Of a DNA stretch of 60,672 nucleotides, positions 16,501-25,237 are shown one piece after another. The DNA comes from Candidatus Omnitrophota bacterium (lineage in GTDB: Bacteria; Omnitrophota; Gorgyraeia; Zapsychrales; JANLHA01). The DNA is taken from the NCBI GenBank assembly GCA_029560465.1, contig JAKQKX010000097.1:1-60672 (forward strand), given 5' to 3'. The notes below the pieces were generated by a model. The model saw only the letters and a program-made list of their open reading frames with translations, did no database searches and had not been told where the DNA came from. Within the stretch, counting starts at the first letter, position 1, and each line of letters starts with the position of its first letter. The translations under genes were made by a program, and so were the position numbers.

Positions 16501-17255
16501 AAATCCTCCGGCCTGGCCCGGTGCCGATTCTCGGAGACACCGGCGGCCTTGGCCGTCAGCTGGACCCGGACGGGCACGGCACCATGGGATTTTTGGTGGG
16601 GATCAGGGACCATGACCGGCAGAAGGGCGTCACGGTTGATGACCTCCTGCAACGGGACCGGGCGCGGCGCCAACAGGGGGTTGACGAGGCGTTTTTGGAT
16701 ATCGCCGAAATCCGCGACCAGGTTCAGTCGTATATGGACACGCACGACGGCCAGCCCATGCCGTACGTGGAATTTATGACGGCGGAAACTGAATATTATA
16801 TGACAAAAATTCTGGAATTGTATTCCCGCTGGCTGGAGGGGGACCCGGCGTTTGAATCGATGGGCGACCGGTCGTATCAGGATGTCTTGAAGAACTTCAC
16901 GACGATCGCCCATATGATCCGGGTTTTAAGGTGGATGGATGAGCCATCGGCGAAAGAGTTCGCGCGAGGCAGCCCCCTGGCGGCCGGTGATGCGGAGGGG
17001 GTGGCCGTGCAGCCGCTGACCCTCACGGAAACGGAAGCCCTGGCCGGCCGTGCTGACACGCCCGGTGGTATTTTGTTTGACGGCAACCTTCTGCGTCTGG
17101 ACCGCCGGTATGTCCCATCGCCTGTCCCGGGGATGGGGCCGGACTACGCCGTTGACCTTTCCCCTGGCCAGGATGTCCAGGGGCTGGCTCCTCATTTGCT
17201 CAGCATCTCAACAGTGCCTTTGCAGAATATTCCGGTATTATTGAACGTTCATTAA
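13554..17255 (+). CDS. Large signal-peptide protein with unknown N-terminal half and TreT-like GT4 (GT-B) glycosyltransferase domain
   Basis: TTG start, 8 nt after the strong SD AAAGGAGGTG. Signal peptide MRNIRNSAMVFVFPFIFLFISTLSFA-Q. GT4-type motifs MINSSIAGGVGDI, HNSRVDPLKGK and EEGFGLAAT. The ORF track extends the frame to 13518. Confidence 0.6.
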   Translation: MRNIRNSAMVFVFPFIFLFISTLSFAQTLTYQGVISPRKPDVDLNQAFTPTLLEGLIVYPDNPLSVNFVILPGQDLGEKDSISPEQVNEFAKYFLASLTIPEEDIWVNLSPYEKEKTIPDILSLTAMGREMLEQDYILKKLSAAVMNPEIPSGEDFWKQTYRKAAEKYGTTGIPIQTFNKIWIIPDKAVIYENANSAYIAQSHLKVMLEEDLMALDQSFESRVLGERGQSKEQAQDVNALSSQVVREVLVPVIEKEVNEGRHFAKLRQIYHAMILATWYKRALKETLLKKAYVNQEKVEGIALDETTYKEKVYAQYFETLRQGVVNFIREEVDPVSREMVPRKYFSGGITPAKNLGKILEVTSSPITATLVAQKFRDPGLNPNGRLPNIAFLEFVPVGDNSYRAFWDTMNVLNIPGPYLKQIRLTFNETSQRDRTKIINAVLKLPAALQNPEENFYYIVWAINTLTLPVSALEPYLKANRPQDWESLLARFRDMAGQLERGRALRLSKNINLTRETGGIKGYQEEELMEAPDYPEKIAELKELTRQYVGQEGEPLRVWMINSSIAGGVGDIISAFVAHAKAFPENLVMEWFKYDLSGLEGTPILHYLFHGKEDGLRHTPGMKDQFVWTTMRNAAAMIRMIQAQNIPAPHYVIVNDPQPAALYRVMQRQFPEFFESYFKNTVFTWFGHIPFEARSDEAKTATRFLSYFVDTHANSAYHDYLINGQGSKILPVTHPVVANLNSIDIFGYYNIGLNEQTVAAVLDHLRIERVQQDVFFTHNSRVDPLKGKTEALEAFERMYDKNENAGKRIRIILTGPVASDNPGWEGIEDLKSRVDRINAKLNARFRTGNLEYAVLRLFFATNPERDIRAEFEGRRTPSNVQREEGKLQQWRETQERLRAMGIDPDLMVPQLDKEGNLEQALGEMSIKVNVLTPTDIHQIMLNALMTLPISNLANSLEEGFGLAATADKLHGKSRRYMDEDSRREILRPGPVPILGDTGGLGRQLDPDGHGTMGFLVGIRDHDRQKGVTVDDLLQRDRARRQQGVDEAFLDIAEIRDQVQSYMDTHDGQPMPYVEFMTAETEYYMTKILELYSRWLEGDPAFESMGDRSYQDVLKNFTTIAHMIRVLRWMDEPSAKEFARGSPLAAGDAEGVAVQPLTLTETEALAGRADTPGGILFDGNLLRLDRRYVPSPVPGMGPDYAVDLSPGQDVQGLAPHLLSISTVPLQNIPVLLNVH

Positions 17256-17360
17256 CGCCATAAGCCTTTGGCCGGAATTCATCAGGAAGGGGGCACGCAA
17301 GCGCCCCCTTCCTGGCGCTTTCGGGGCATGGCCCAAGAATTTATTCCGGAGGTCACCGTG

Positions 17361-18323
17361 ATGATCAATCAGAAACTCAAGGTGCTGTTTGTTTTTTTTG
17401 CTTTATTCGCCCTGCCCGCGAGCCTTTTTGCCGGGAGCTCTTCCGGCACAACTTATCCCGGGTCGATCATTGTGGGCGGATTAAAACGGACCTATCTCCT
17501 TCATGTCCCGCCGGCGCGTGATAAAACTAAACCAAAGCCGCTTCTCATCGCGTTGCACGGCGGAGGAGGGCAGGGGAAACACATGCGGAGGCTCACGCGG
17601 GGCGGGTTTGACCGGCTGTCCGACCAGGACGGTTTTGTCGTGGCCTACCCGGATGGAGTGGAAAAGCACTGGAACGACGGCCGGGGAGAGACCGCGTATC
17701 GCGCTCATCGGGATAATGTGGATGATGTCGGGTTTATCTCCGCCTTGATCGACCGGATGGTCCGGGAGCTGAACGTTGACCCCCGTCGGGTTTATGTGAC
17801 CGGGATGTCGAACGGCGCGATGATGTCTTATCGCTTGGCCTGCGATTTGAGTGAAAAGATCGCGGCCATCGCTCCTGTGGCCGGGGCCATCCCGGAAAAT
17901 TTGTATCCGTCGTGCTCGCCTTCCCGGCCGGTTCACGTCCTCGCCATCAATAACGTCAATGATCCGCTTATGCCTTTCGCCGGGGGGAATGTCACAGGCC
18001 CGTGGGGGCGGAAAAAACTGGGCGAAGTTTTATCAACAGCGGAAACGGTCGCGTTTTGGGCGAGGCATAATAATTGTTCATTGCCTCCGGCCGTGATTTA
18101 TGAGCCGGACCGGGACCCGCAAGACGGTACCAGGATACGAAAAGAAGTGTACCCCGAGGGTGAAAATGATGTGACCGTGATCCTTTACGCGGTTGAAGGC
18201 GGCGGGCACACATGGCCCGGAGGCTACCAGTATTTTAATGAAAGGATTATCGGCAAGACAAGCAGGGATATGGACGCCAGCGAGGTCATTTGGGGTTTCT
18301 TTAAAAAGCATAAGGCGCCATAG
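17361..18323 (+). CDS. PHB depolymerase family esterase (LpqC-like alpha/beta hydrolase), secreted
   Basis: SD GGAGG. Signal peptide. LIALHGGGGQG and the nucleophile elbow GMSNGAMM. Confidence 0.75.
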   Translation: MINQKLKVLFVFFALFALPASLFAGSSSGTTYPGSIIVGGLKRTYLLHVPPARDKTKPKPLLIALHGGGGQGKHMRRLTRGGFDRLSDQDGFVVAYPDGVEKHWNDGRGETAYRAHRDNVDDVGFISALIDRMVRELNVDPRRVYVTGMSNGAMMSYRLACDLSEKIAAIAPVAGAIPENLYPSCSPSRPVHVLAINNVNDPLMPFAGGNVTGPWGRKKLGEVLSTAETVAFWARHNNCSLPPAVIYEPDRDPQDGTRIRKEVYPEGENDVTVILYAVEGGGHTWPGGYQYFNERIIGKTSRDMDASEVIWGFFKKHKAP

Positions 18324-18416
18324 ATTTTTCTGCCCCGATAAAAAATTTAATGGAATGTTTGTGGGGTGAGGTAGAAAGAGTAGAATGTGGGTAAATAGGT
18401 TAACAAGGAGAATACC

Positions 18417-19007
18417 ATGCTGCATCGGAAAACATTCTTTATCCGGGAACACGTCGGGTTTATAAAGCTGACGGACACGTACGACATTCTGGATCCGGAA
18501 ACGCGAGAACAGTTGGGTGTCGCGAAAGAGAAACCGGCCCCTTTTATCCAGGTGTTGCGACTGCTGATCAATAAACAACTCCTGCCCACCAAAGTTTTTG
18601 TCTATGAAGGCGCTGATCATGAAGATGAAAATCGGCTGCTGTTTTCCATCCAGCGTGGCGTCACGCTGTTGCGGTCCCGGGTCAACATTTATGATGGCCG
18701 CGGAACGGTTATCGGCTGGTTAAAAAGCAAGGTGTTCTCGCTGGGCGGCGCGTTCCATGTTTTTGACGCCGCGGATAATGAAATCGCCTACGTCAAAGGG
18801 GATTGGAAAGGGTGGCATTTCCGCTTCCTGGACAAGGCGGAAAACGAGATAGGGACGATCACCAAGAAATGGGCGGGGATCGGCAAGGAGTTTTTCACGT
18901 CCGCGGACAACTACATCATCGCCTTGAACCATGAGCCCGAGCCGCAGAAAGCCGTTTTATTGCTGGCGGCGGGATTAGCGGTGGATATAATCTACAAAGA
19001 GAAGTAG
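18417..19007 (+). CDS. LURP-one/scramblase-like (tubby C-terminal-like) family protein
   Basis: Repeated beta-hairpin pattern: YDILDPETREQLG ... IYDGRGTVIGWL ... VFDAADNEIAYV ... GTITKKW, with a C-terminal hydrophobic helix. Confidence 0.55.
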   Translation: MLHRKTFFIREHVGFIKLTDTYDILDPETREQLGVAKEKPAPFIQVLRLLINKQLLPTKVFVYEGADHEDENRLLFSIQRGVTLLRSRVNIYDGRGTVIGWLKSKVFSLGGAFHVFDAADNEIAYVKGDWKGWHFRFLDKAENEIGTITKKWAGIGKEFFTSADNYIIALNHEPEPQKAVLLLAAGLAVDIIYKEK

Positions 19008-19050
19008 CCAACCCAGGGGCATGTTTTCATTACAGGACAGGAGGTCCCGG

Positions 19051-19611
19051 ATGACCACTATAAAAGGTTCGGCGTTTTTAACGTCCATGAACCTGGCTCG
19101 CCAGACTCACGGAGAAACCGGGCTGAAAAAAGTTTTGGATTCCCTCAGTGAGGAGGATCGGCAAATTTTGTCTTCCGTCATCAGCATCGGGTGGTACCCT
19201 TTAGACGTTTATGTGAACCTGCTTACCGCGGAATTGATGGAATTTTGCCGTGGGAATGAAGCCGTATTCGTGGAACAACGGGTGTATGCCGGAGTCGAAC
19301 AACAGTTTAAAACGATATACCGGGTGTTCCTGCAGTTTGGGTCCCCGGAGATGATCATGGCACGGCTGAAGAGTGTCAACAAACAGTATTTTCAGAATGT
19401 GTCAACCGAGATTAAGAAACTCGACAGCAATAAATTTCTGCTGGTTTACAGCGGTTTTGAGAAAAGGCACCGGGTCTTCGAGCTGATTTTGAAAGGCTGG
19501 TGGATAAAAATTCTGCAGCTGATCGGCAAAAAGGATGTGCGGTTTGAAATTCAGACGTCTATCGGCGCGGGCAAAGAATACAGTGAATACATCGTAAGTT
19601 GGCAGAAATGA
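19051..19611 (+). CDS. Hypothetical protein (possibly DUF2378-like)
   Basis: ATG after SD AGGAGG. TIKGSAFLTSMNLARQTHGETGLKKVL. Family is uncertain. Confidence 0.45.
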   Translation: MTTIKGSAFLTSMNLARQTHGETGLKKVLDSLSEEDRQILSSVISIGWYPLDVYVNLLTAELMEFCRGNEAVFVEQRVYAGVEQQFKTIYRVFLQFGSPEMIMARLKSVNKQYFQNVSTEIKKLDSNKFLLVYSGFEKRHRVFELILKGWWIKILQLIGKKDVRFEIQTSIGAGKEYSEYIVSWQK

Positions 19612-19661
19612 AACACGTCCGTTCCCTGCTGCGGAGCCTTCCGTCTTTATTGGACACAGAG

Positions 19662-20504
19662 ATGAAAAGAAACATCGTACTGCTTCTGTTGGCCGCGCTT
19701 CTGGGATTAAGGATCGTTATGCTGAAAACTGCGAAAGAAGAAGCCCTCTCCCCGGAGAGCAAAACTTACCTGCTGAACCTGGCCCGGCAAACCCTGATCT
19801 GGCGTTTGCGGGATAACGCTCTGCCGAATCCATCCGGGCGCGGCCTCAATCCCGAGGTCCGCCGGAAAGCGGGTTGTTTTGTTACGCTGTCCAATAAACA
19901 GACCGGGTTGCGGGGGTGCATCGGCATTTTTGAGCGGACGCGGCCTTTATACAAAAATGTGATCAGCCGCGCGGTGGCGGCGTCGCAGGACAGCCGTTTC
20001 ATCTCCGACCCGGTGTCCTATGAAGAAATGAAGGACATCATCATCGAAATCAGTGTTTTGACCGAGCCCAAAGACCTTGGATTTAATTCCCCCCAGGACC
20101 TTTTGGCCAAGCTCCGTCCGGGCATTGACGGCGTTGTCCTGTTTACGCGCTACGGGAGCTCGACGTATCTTCCACAGGTCTGGAAATCTTTTCCCGGTAA
20201 AGAAGCCTTTCTTTCCAGCCTTTGCGAGAAACACGGGGCCCCGGCCGACACGTGGCTTAAGGAATATAATCATATCAAGGTTCAAACCTATCAGGCCCTG
20301 GTGTTCGGGGAAGAAGTATCGGAGAGAAACGTGGCCGGCCCTCAGGGGGCTGTGGTTGGGAAGGACGGGGCGATGGTCCTTGGGGTGGTTGAGCCCTTGC
20401 CCCGAGGCGTTTCCCGCGGCAAGGCCTTCCTTAAACAAGGATCCCGTTTACCTCCGGCAACGATCGTCACCTGGGTGTCTGATATTTCTGAATCCGCGTT
20501 TTAG
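19662..20504 (+). CDS. AMMECR1 domain protein (AmmeMemoRadiSam system protein A-like)
   Basis: GCFVTLSNKQTGLRGCIG signature. The start is uncertain: the ATG at 19662 gives an N-terminal hydrophobic segment, while the ATG at 19719 has a better SD (AAGGA). Confidence 0.75.
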   Translation: MKRNIVLLLLAALLGLRIVMLKTAKEEALSPESKTYLLNLARQTLIWRLRDNALPNPSGRGLNPEVRRKAGCFVTLSNKQTGLRGCIGIFERTRPLYKNVISRAVAASQDSRFISDPVSYEEMKDIIIEISVLTEPKDLGFNSPQDLLAKLRPGIDGVVLFTRYGSSTYLPQVWKSFPGKEAFLSSLCEKHGAPADTWLKEYNHIKVQTYQALVFGEEVSERNVAGPQGAVVGKDGAMVLGVVEPLPRGVSRGKAFLKQGSRLPPATIVTWVSDISESAF

Positions 20505-22468
20505 GTGTTATCCCCCTGGCCCCTCTTTCCTTCAGGCCGTGTCACGCGGCTGCTTAACAGCAATAATAACGCCGGAGTCGCGTGTAAAAAAAGCCGGGCA
20601 TAGCTATCCGGGAAGTGGCTGGCTATGCCTTCCGGCGGATGGCCTGAATTCGCGCCTAAACTGAAAAGCAGCATGGGTATTGAAAACACGAGCAGGAATT
20701 TCTCTTGGGGGCTCCATCGGCGGTGCTGGGTGTTTAAGAGTGTTAATACACAAGAGGCACCTGAAATGAGGATGAGGTTATTCTTTAAAGTCTGCTGCCA
20801 GGCCATGCGCGACAGCAATATTATTTTTTCCAGAGATATCCCGGATTGGAGATGATAGAAATTTGTTCCGTAACCCTGCCGAATCACCCAGAGGATCCAT
20901 AAAAAGGGCAGCAAGCCGACCAGCAGATATCCGAATAAAATTTGTTTTTGTCCTGTCCACAGCCTTTTGTCCCTGGTGAGGCTGAACAGCGCGCCGGCCA
21001 TAAACAGCGCGACAAGAAATCCTTCCATCTTGGAGAGGCATAATCCGCCGGCCAGCGTAAGGGTCAGCAGCAAATATTTTTTTTCTTCCCGGGAGCCCAT
21101 CCAAAGCAGAGCCGCTGTCAAACAAGCCGTCAGATACGCCATCAGGAGGTTCTCGGCATTGGCCGTCACAAAATTATTCGTCAAATCCTTGTTAAACGGG
21201 TTGTAGGCCGCGGAGGCCACGTAGATGATTATTATCAGATGCTGCCAGAGTTTTTTTATCTTCATAATTTCAAAGGCCTTGAAGATATTGATCAAGAAAA
21301 CAATAAATAAAAAGCCGGCGGTCCATTGGGCGGTTTCATCCTGTATGCCGTCCAGCAATGTGAACTGGAGGGCAATGTTTAAAGGCCATAAAAGGGGATA
21401 TAAATTGTGGTGTGTGTAATCAAATATTAATTGTTTATGGTGAAAAATCACTTTTGACTTCATGATCCAGTGTGACATCCCGTCCCAATCCCGGACAGGG
21501 GTCATGACCGTGATGCCCCAAATGGCCGCGGCTAACGCGAAAGCGAAGAATCCGGACAGGAATGTGAGCTTGTCCCGGTCTTGGGAAGAGGCCTGCTGGT
21601 GGGGGGCGGCTCCCTGGGGCAGGAGCCGCCTTTGATTCAGAAGTCCGAAAATAACGGCCAACCCCGCCCAGAGTCCCAGCACGTTATGGCGGGTTAACTG
21701 GCCTCCGGACAGAAGCCAAACCCAGGTTGACGTGGTGGTGGCGAGGTATCCGATGAGATAACTGGTTGAATAAAACCACGCCGGTCCTTCTTTCGTCGGG
21801 CTCATATGGAAAATGTTTAAAACAAGGCGGCCCAGGAAAAGATAAAAGGCCGCTAGGGATAAAGAAAACAGGACGATATGGAGTGTTGAGCGTTTCAGAG
21901 TGCTGCTATCGGGTGGGTTTATAAATTTCTGGTTTTCTTTTGCGTATATATTAATGCCGGTTGAGAGCGTGTGCTTCTGCCAGCCAGGAGGAGGGGGCCC
22001 CGGCTGGTCATGCCCCAGGTCGAGGACATGTGTCCCCGCGGGTTTTATATGAATCGGGAAAAGGTGATACCGCACCGCTGTCTTCAAGAGAGACATCGTT
22101 TGGTTTGGGATCTCAACGACCGCTTCCGTGGGGAGCTTTTTCTTCGCTTCAATCCCGATCTTGGCGCCCGGCATAGACTTGCTTTGCCGCACTTCTTCGT
22201 AATTGAAATGATGGGCTTGAAATCCTTTGAAGTAAAGTCCGGCCTTTAAGAAGATGAAGGAAAGTTCGTGGAAACATAGCAAGGCCATGGATAGGATGAT
22301 GGCGGCCTTTATAATTTTTTTAATACAGGGCATGCTGTTTTTTGTGACGATTGAATCACCCGGTTTCAACAACATTCTTTCAGGCGGTATTTTATCATAG
22401 CTTAACAAAATATTGTTGTTTTTTGGCTGCTTTATCATGATACAATAAGCCCGGGCGGGGCCTCGCAT
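20501..22468 (-). CDS. Hypothetical polytopic membrane protein (GT-C-like glycosyltransferase possible)
   Basis: At least 10 hydrophobic helices after a roughly 190-aa N-terminal region. There is a convergent 4-nt overlap with the AMMECR1 gene. The start may be at 22438. Confidence 0.5.
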   Translation of the reverse strand: MRGPARAYCIMIKQPKNNNILLSYDKIPPERMLLKPGDSIVTKNSMPCIKKIIKAAIILSMALLCFHELSFIFLKAGLYFKGFQAHHFNYEEVRQSKSMPGAKIGIEAKKKLPTEAVVEIPNQTMSLLKTAVRYHLFPIHIKPAGTHVLDLGHDQPGPPPPGWQKHTLSTGINIYAKENQKFINPPDSSTLKRSTLHIVLFSLSLAAFYLFLGRLVLNIFHMSPTKEGPAWFYSTSYLIGYLATTTSTWVWLLSGGQLTRHNVLGLWAGLAVIFGLLNQRRLLPQGAAPHQQASSQDRDKLTFLSGFFAFALAAAIWGITVMTPVRDWDGMSHWIMKSKVIFHHKQLIFDYTHHNLYPLLWPLNIALQFTLLDGIQDETAQWTAGFLFIVFLINIFKAFEIMKIKKLWQHLIIIIYVASAAYNPFNKDLTNNFVTANAENLLMAYLTACLTAALLWMGSREEKKYLLLTLTLAGGLCLSKMEGFLVALFMAGALFSLTRDKRLWTGQKQILFGYLLVGLLPFLWILWVIRQGYGTNFYHLQSGISLEKIILLSRMAWQQTLKNNLILISGASCVLTLLNTQHRRWSPQEKFLLVFSIPMLLFSLGANSGHPPEGIASHFPDSYARLFLHATPALLLLLSSRVTRPEGKRGQGDNT

Positions 22469-22507
22469 CCGCGGGGCTGGATACGGTATTTATGACAGGG
22501 GTATAAT

Positions 22508-23092
22508 ATGAAAAAAGTATTTTTGATGGTATGCCTTTGCTGCGGGCTTGCCGGGTGCTTAAGCTACCAGAAGTACACGTTTAAATTTGATTTTAATACC
22601 GGCGTTGTCGAAAAAGAATATTACGACATCCGGACGCAAAAAGGGGGGGACGAGGATTACAGCGTGGAGAAGGATTGGGAGCTGCTTAAGGCCAAAGCTG
22701 GCGAGGAATTCGGCAAAGAGTTTGACCCCGAGGTGATCAAACCGGTCCGGGCCGAGCTTTTTCAGGACGGGGAAGTCCTCTCGGGCCGGGAAACCTTCGC
22801 GGTCCAGTCGCCCAAAGCCTTCCCTTCCAAGGCCGCTATTCTGGAATTTTTGCACGCGGACGACAATCAGGAGATGGAATTCCGGGCCATAAAAGGAGAG
22901 ATTTTCCTCTTTTCCGGCAACAGAAATATGACGTCATCGTCCGGGAAGACAATAGTGACGGAAAAGAATTGCGTGATCGTCTGGCCTCAAGAGGCGGTTG
23001 TTTTTGACTTCACGGTGCCGCAAGAGAATTCCGGCGGGACATCGCTTTTGCCGTTTTTCCTTTCTGAAAAAGACGCCCTGCCGCACCCTTGA
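22508..23092 (+). CDS. Hypothetical lipoprotein
   Basis: Signal peptide with lipobox LAGC. Confidence 0.55.
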   Translation: MKKVFLMVCLCCGLAGCLSYQKYTFKFDFNTGVVEKEYYDIRTQKGGDEDYSVEKDWELLKAKAGEEFGKEFDPEVIKPVRAELFQDGEVLSGRETFAVQSPKAFPSKAAILEFLHADDNQEMEFRAIKGEIFLFSGNRNMTSSSGKTIVTEKNCVIVWPQEAVVFDFTVPQENSGGTSLLPFFLSEKDALPHP

Positions 23093-23196
23093 GGTTCTTT
23101 TTGCGCACATTTCATTTGGGTTTTCCTGCCGCTGGCAGTATAATTAATATGCCTATAAATAATCCCGATGAGGGGCTAAAGGGGAGGATCCTGAAT

Positions 23197-23382
23197 ATGT
23201 TCGGACTGGGTTTCCAGGAAATAGTTTTAATCCTGATCGTGGCGCTTTTACTGTTTGGGGCGGCCCGTCTGCCGGAAATCGGCCGCGCCCTGGGTAAAGC
23301 TTTGAGCGAATTTAAGAAAGGGATGCATGATATCGGCGGGGATGATTCCAAAGACAAAGACCAGCCCCAAGATTCCGCTTGA
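23197..23382 (+). CDS. tatA: Twin-arginine translocase subunit TatA/E
   Basis: MFGLGFQEIVLILIVALLLFGAARLPEIGRALGKAL with an acidic tail. An SD lies upstream. Confidence 0.85.
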   Translation: MFGLGFQEIVLILIVALLLFGAARLPEIGRALGKALSEFKKGMHDIGGDDSKDKDQPQDSA

Positions 23383-24119
23383 TGAATGACCTTTATCCTC
23401 CTGAATCACAACATCTTGATATAATAGGACATCTGGAGGAGTTGCGCCGCCGCATCCTCGTGTGTCTCGCCTGCCTGGTATTGATAAGCGCGGCTCTGTT
23501 TGCCCGGGGGCGCGCTCTGATCCAATGGGTGAAGCAGCCGGTTGAGGGGCTGGTTGAAGATTTGATTTTTATCACCCCGACCGAGGTGTTTGTTTCATAT
23601 CTTAAAGTCGTCCTCCTGTTCGCGTTCGTGCTGTCTTTTCCAGTGATCCTTTATGAAACATGGGCGTTTTTGGCCCCGGCCGCATCTAAAGGTTTCAGAA
23701 AACGGGCCGTGCTTTGGCTGACATTGGTGATGGCCTTTTTTTTATTGGGGATATGGTTTGCGTACACCATGGCCTTGCCGGCGGCATTGCGGTTTCTTTT
23801 CGCGTTCGGGCGGGATATCGCCACCCCGCAAATCACGCTGGCCCGATATATTTCTTTTTTTGTGGCGTTCATGATGATCGGCGGAGTGGTGTTTGAAACT
23901 CCTGTCTTGATCGGGCTGTTCACGGATATGGGGTTTTTAAACGCCCGCATGCTGGCCCGCAAGCGGAAATACGCTTTTTTGTTCATCCTGGTGTTTTCCG
24001 CAGTGATCACCCCGACGCAGGATATTTTTAACATGCTGGTTTTTGCCGTGCCGATGGCCCTGTTTTTTGAAGTCGGCATCGTCCTGTCCCGTTTGATTGA
24101 GAAGGTGAAGCAGGCATAA
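23379..24119 (+). CDS. tatC: Twin-arginine translocase subunit TatC
   Basis: ATGA overlap with tatA. HLEELRRRI at the N-terminus and six helices. Confidence 0.9.
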   Translation: MMNDLYPPESQHLDIIGHLEELRRRILVCLACLVLISAALFARGRALIQWVKQPVEGLVEDLIFITPTEVFVSYLKVVLLFAFVLSFPVILYETWAFLAPAASKGFRKRAVLWLTLVMAFFLLGIWFAYTMALPAALRFLFAFGRDIATPQITLARYISFFVAFMMIGGVVFETPVLIGLFTDMGFLNARMLARKRKYAFLFILVFSAVITPTQDIFNMLVFAVPMALFFEVGIVLSRLIEKVKQA

Positions 24120-24207
24120 TTCAACGCAGGGTTGGTCCGGTGGTCCTTCATGGGGAAGATGACCTCCGGCTCTTTTTAAAGAGAGGGAGAGGAGAAAGGA
24201 AGGCGCT

Positions 24208-25188
24208 ATGGAAAAGTTCCTTTACAATTTGGAAACTTTTTTGAAGACACAGATGAACCGGAAAGGATTCCTGAAAGTTTGCTGTGCGGTGTTGTTGGCG
24301 TTTATCACCGGGAATCAGCTTCTGAAGGCGGCTTTCGCGAAAAGCGAGGACTCCTCCGGCCGGCCCAAGAAAGGCCTGAAAGGCCTGCATGATATCGTGG
24401 CGGTTAAGGGAGGGGACCCGTATCAAAACACGGTCAAGGCGGTTGAACAGATGGGGGGGATAGGCCGCTTTGTTAAAAAAGGCGACGTGGTCGTGGTTAA
24501 GCCCAACATGGCTTGGGACCGGACGCCGCGGCAGGCGGCCAATACCGACCCCATGGTCGTGGCCGCGCTGGTGGAATTATGTTATAAGGCCGGGGCTAAA
24601 CGCGTGAACGTGTTTGATATCCCCTGTAACGAGGACCGCCCGGTTTATGAGCACAGCGGCATTGCGGCGGCGGCCAAAGAGAAAGGGGCGTTTGTTTATT
24701 TCGCGGACCACTGGAATGTCGTGAAAGCGAAATTTAGCTACAACAGTTCCATGGAGGGCTGGCCGGTTCTGCGTGACGCGGTGGTGTGCGACACGTTCAT
24801 TAATGTCCCGGTTCTGAAGCATCATGGGTACACGAAATTGACCCTGTCGATGAAAAACCTGATGGGGGTTTGCAGCGGGAAGCGGGGGTTGATCCATCTG
24901 GATATCGGCACAAAACTGGTGGATATGACTGATTTTATCAACCCGGATTTGACGGTGATCGATGCCACCCGCGTGCTGCTGCGTAACGGCCCCAGCGGCG
25001 GGAATGAATCCGACGTTCAGGCGTTTAACACGGTCATCGCCGCGACCGATCCGACGCTGGCTGACGTTTATGCCTGTTCCCTGGTGAAAATTGACCCGGC
25101 CGAGATCCCGTATTTAAAAGCCGCCATGGCCCGGGGAGTTGGCCGCAGTGATTTGACTCAGGCGGATGTCCTGGAGGTTCAGGCGTGA
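24208..25188 (+). CDS. DUF362 domain protein with Tat-like signal (NRKGFLK)
   Basis: GDVVVVKPNMAW ... INVPVLKHHGYTKLTLSMKNLMG. N-terminal n-region, hydrophobic stretch and AFA cleavage-like site. Confidence 0.75.
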   Translation: MEKFLYNLETFLKTQMNRKGFLKVCCAVLLAFITGNQLLKAAFAKSEDSSGRPKKGLKGLHDIVAVKGGDPYQNTVKAVEQMGGIGRFVKKGDVVVVKPNMAWDRTPRQAANTDPMVVAALVELCYKAGAKRVNVFDIPCNEDRPVYEHSGIAAAAKEKGAFVYFADHWNVVKAKFSYNSSMEGWPVLRDAVVCDTFINVPVLKHHGYTKLTLSMKNLMGVCSGKRGLIHLDIGTKLVDMTDFINPDLTVIDATRVLLRNGPSGGNESDVQAFNTVIAATDPTLADVYACSLVKIDPAEIPYLKAAMARGVGRSDLTQADVLEVQA

Positions 25189-25237
25189 TGCCGGCGGTAA
25201 CCGGACGGCTCTTTGAAGGAAGGTCCTTTTTGCGTTT

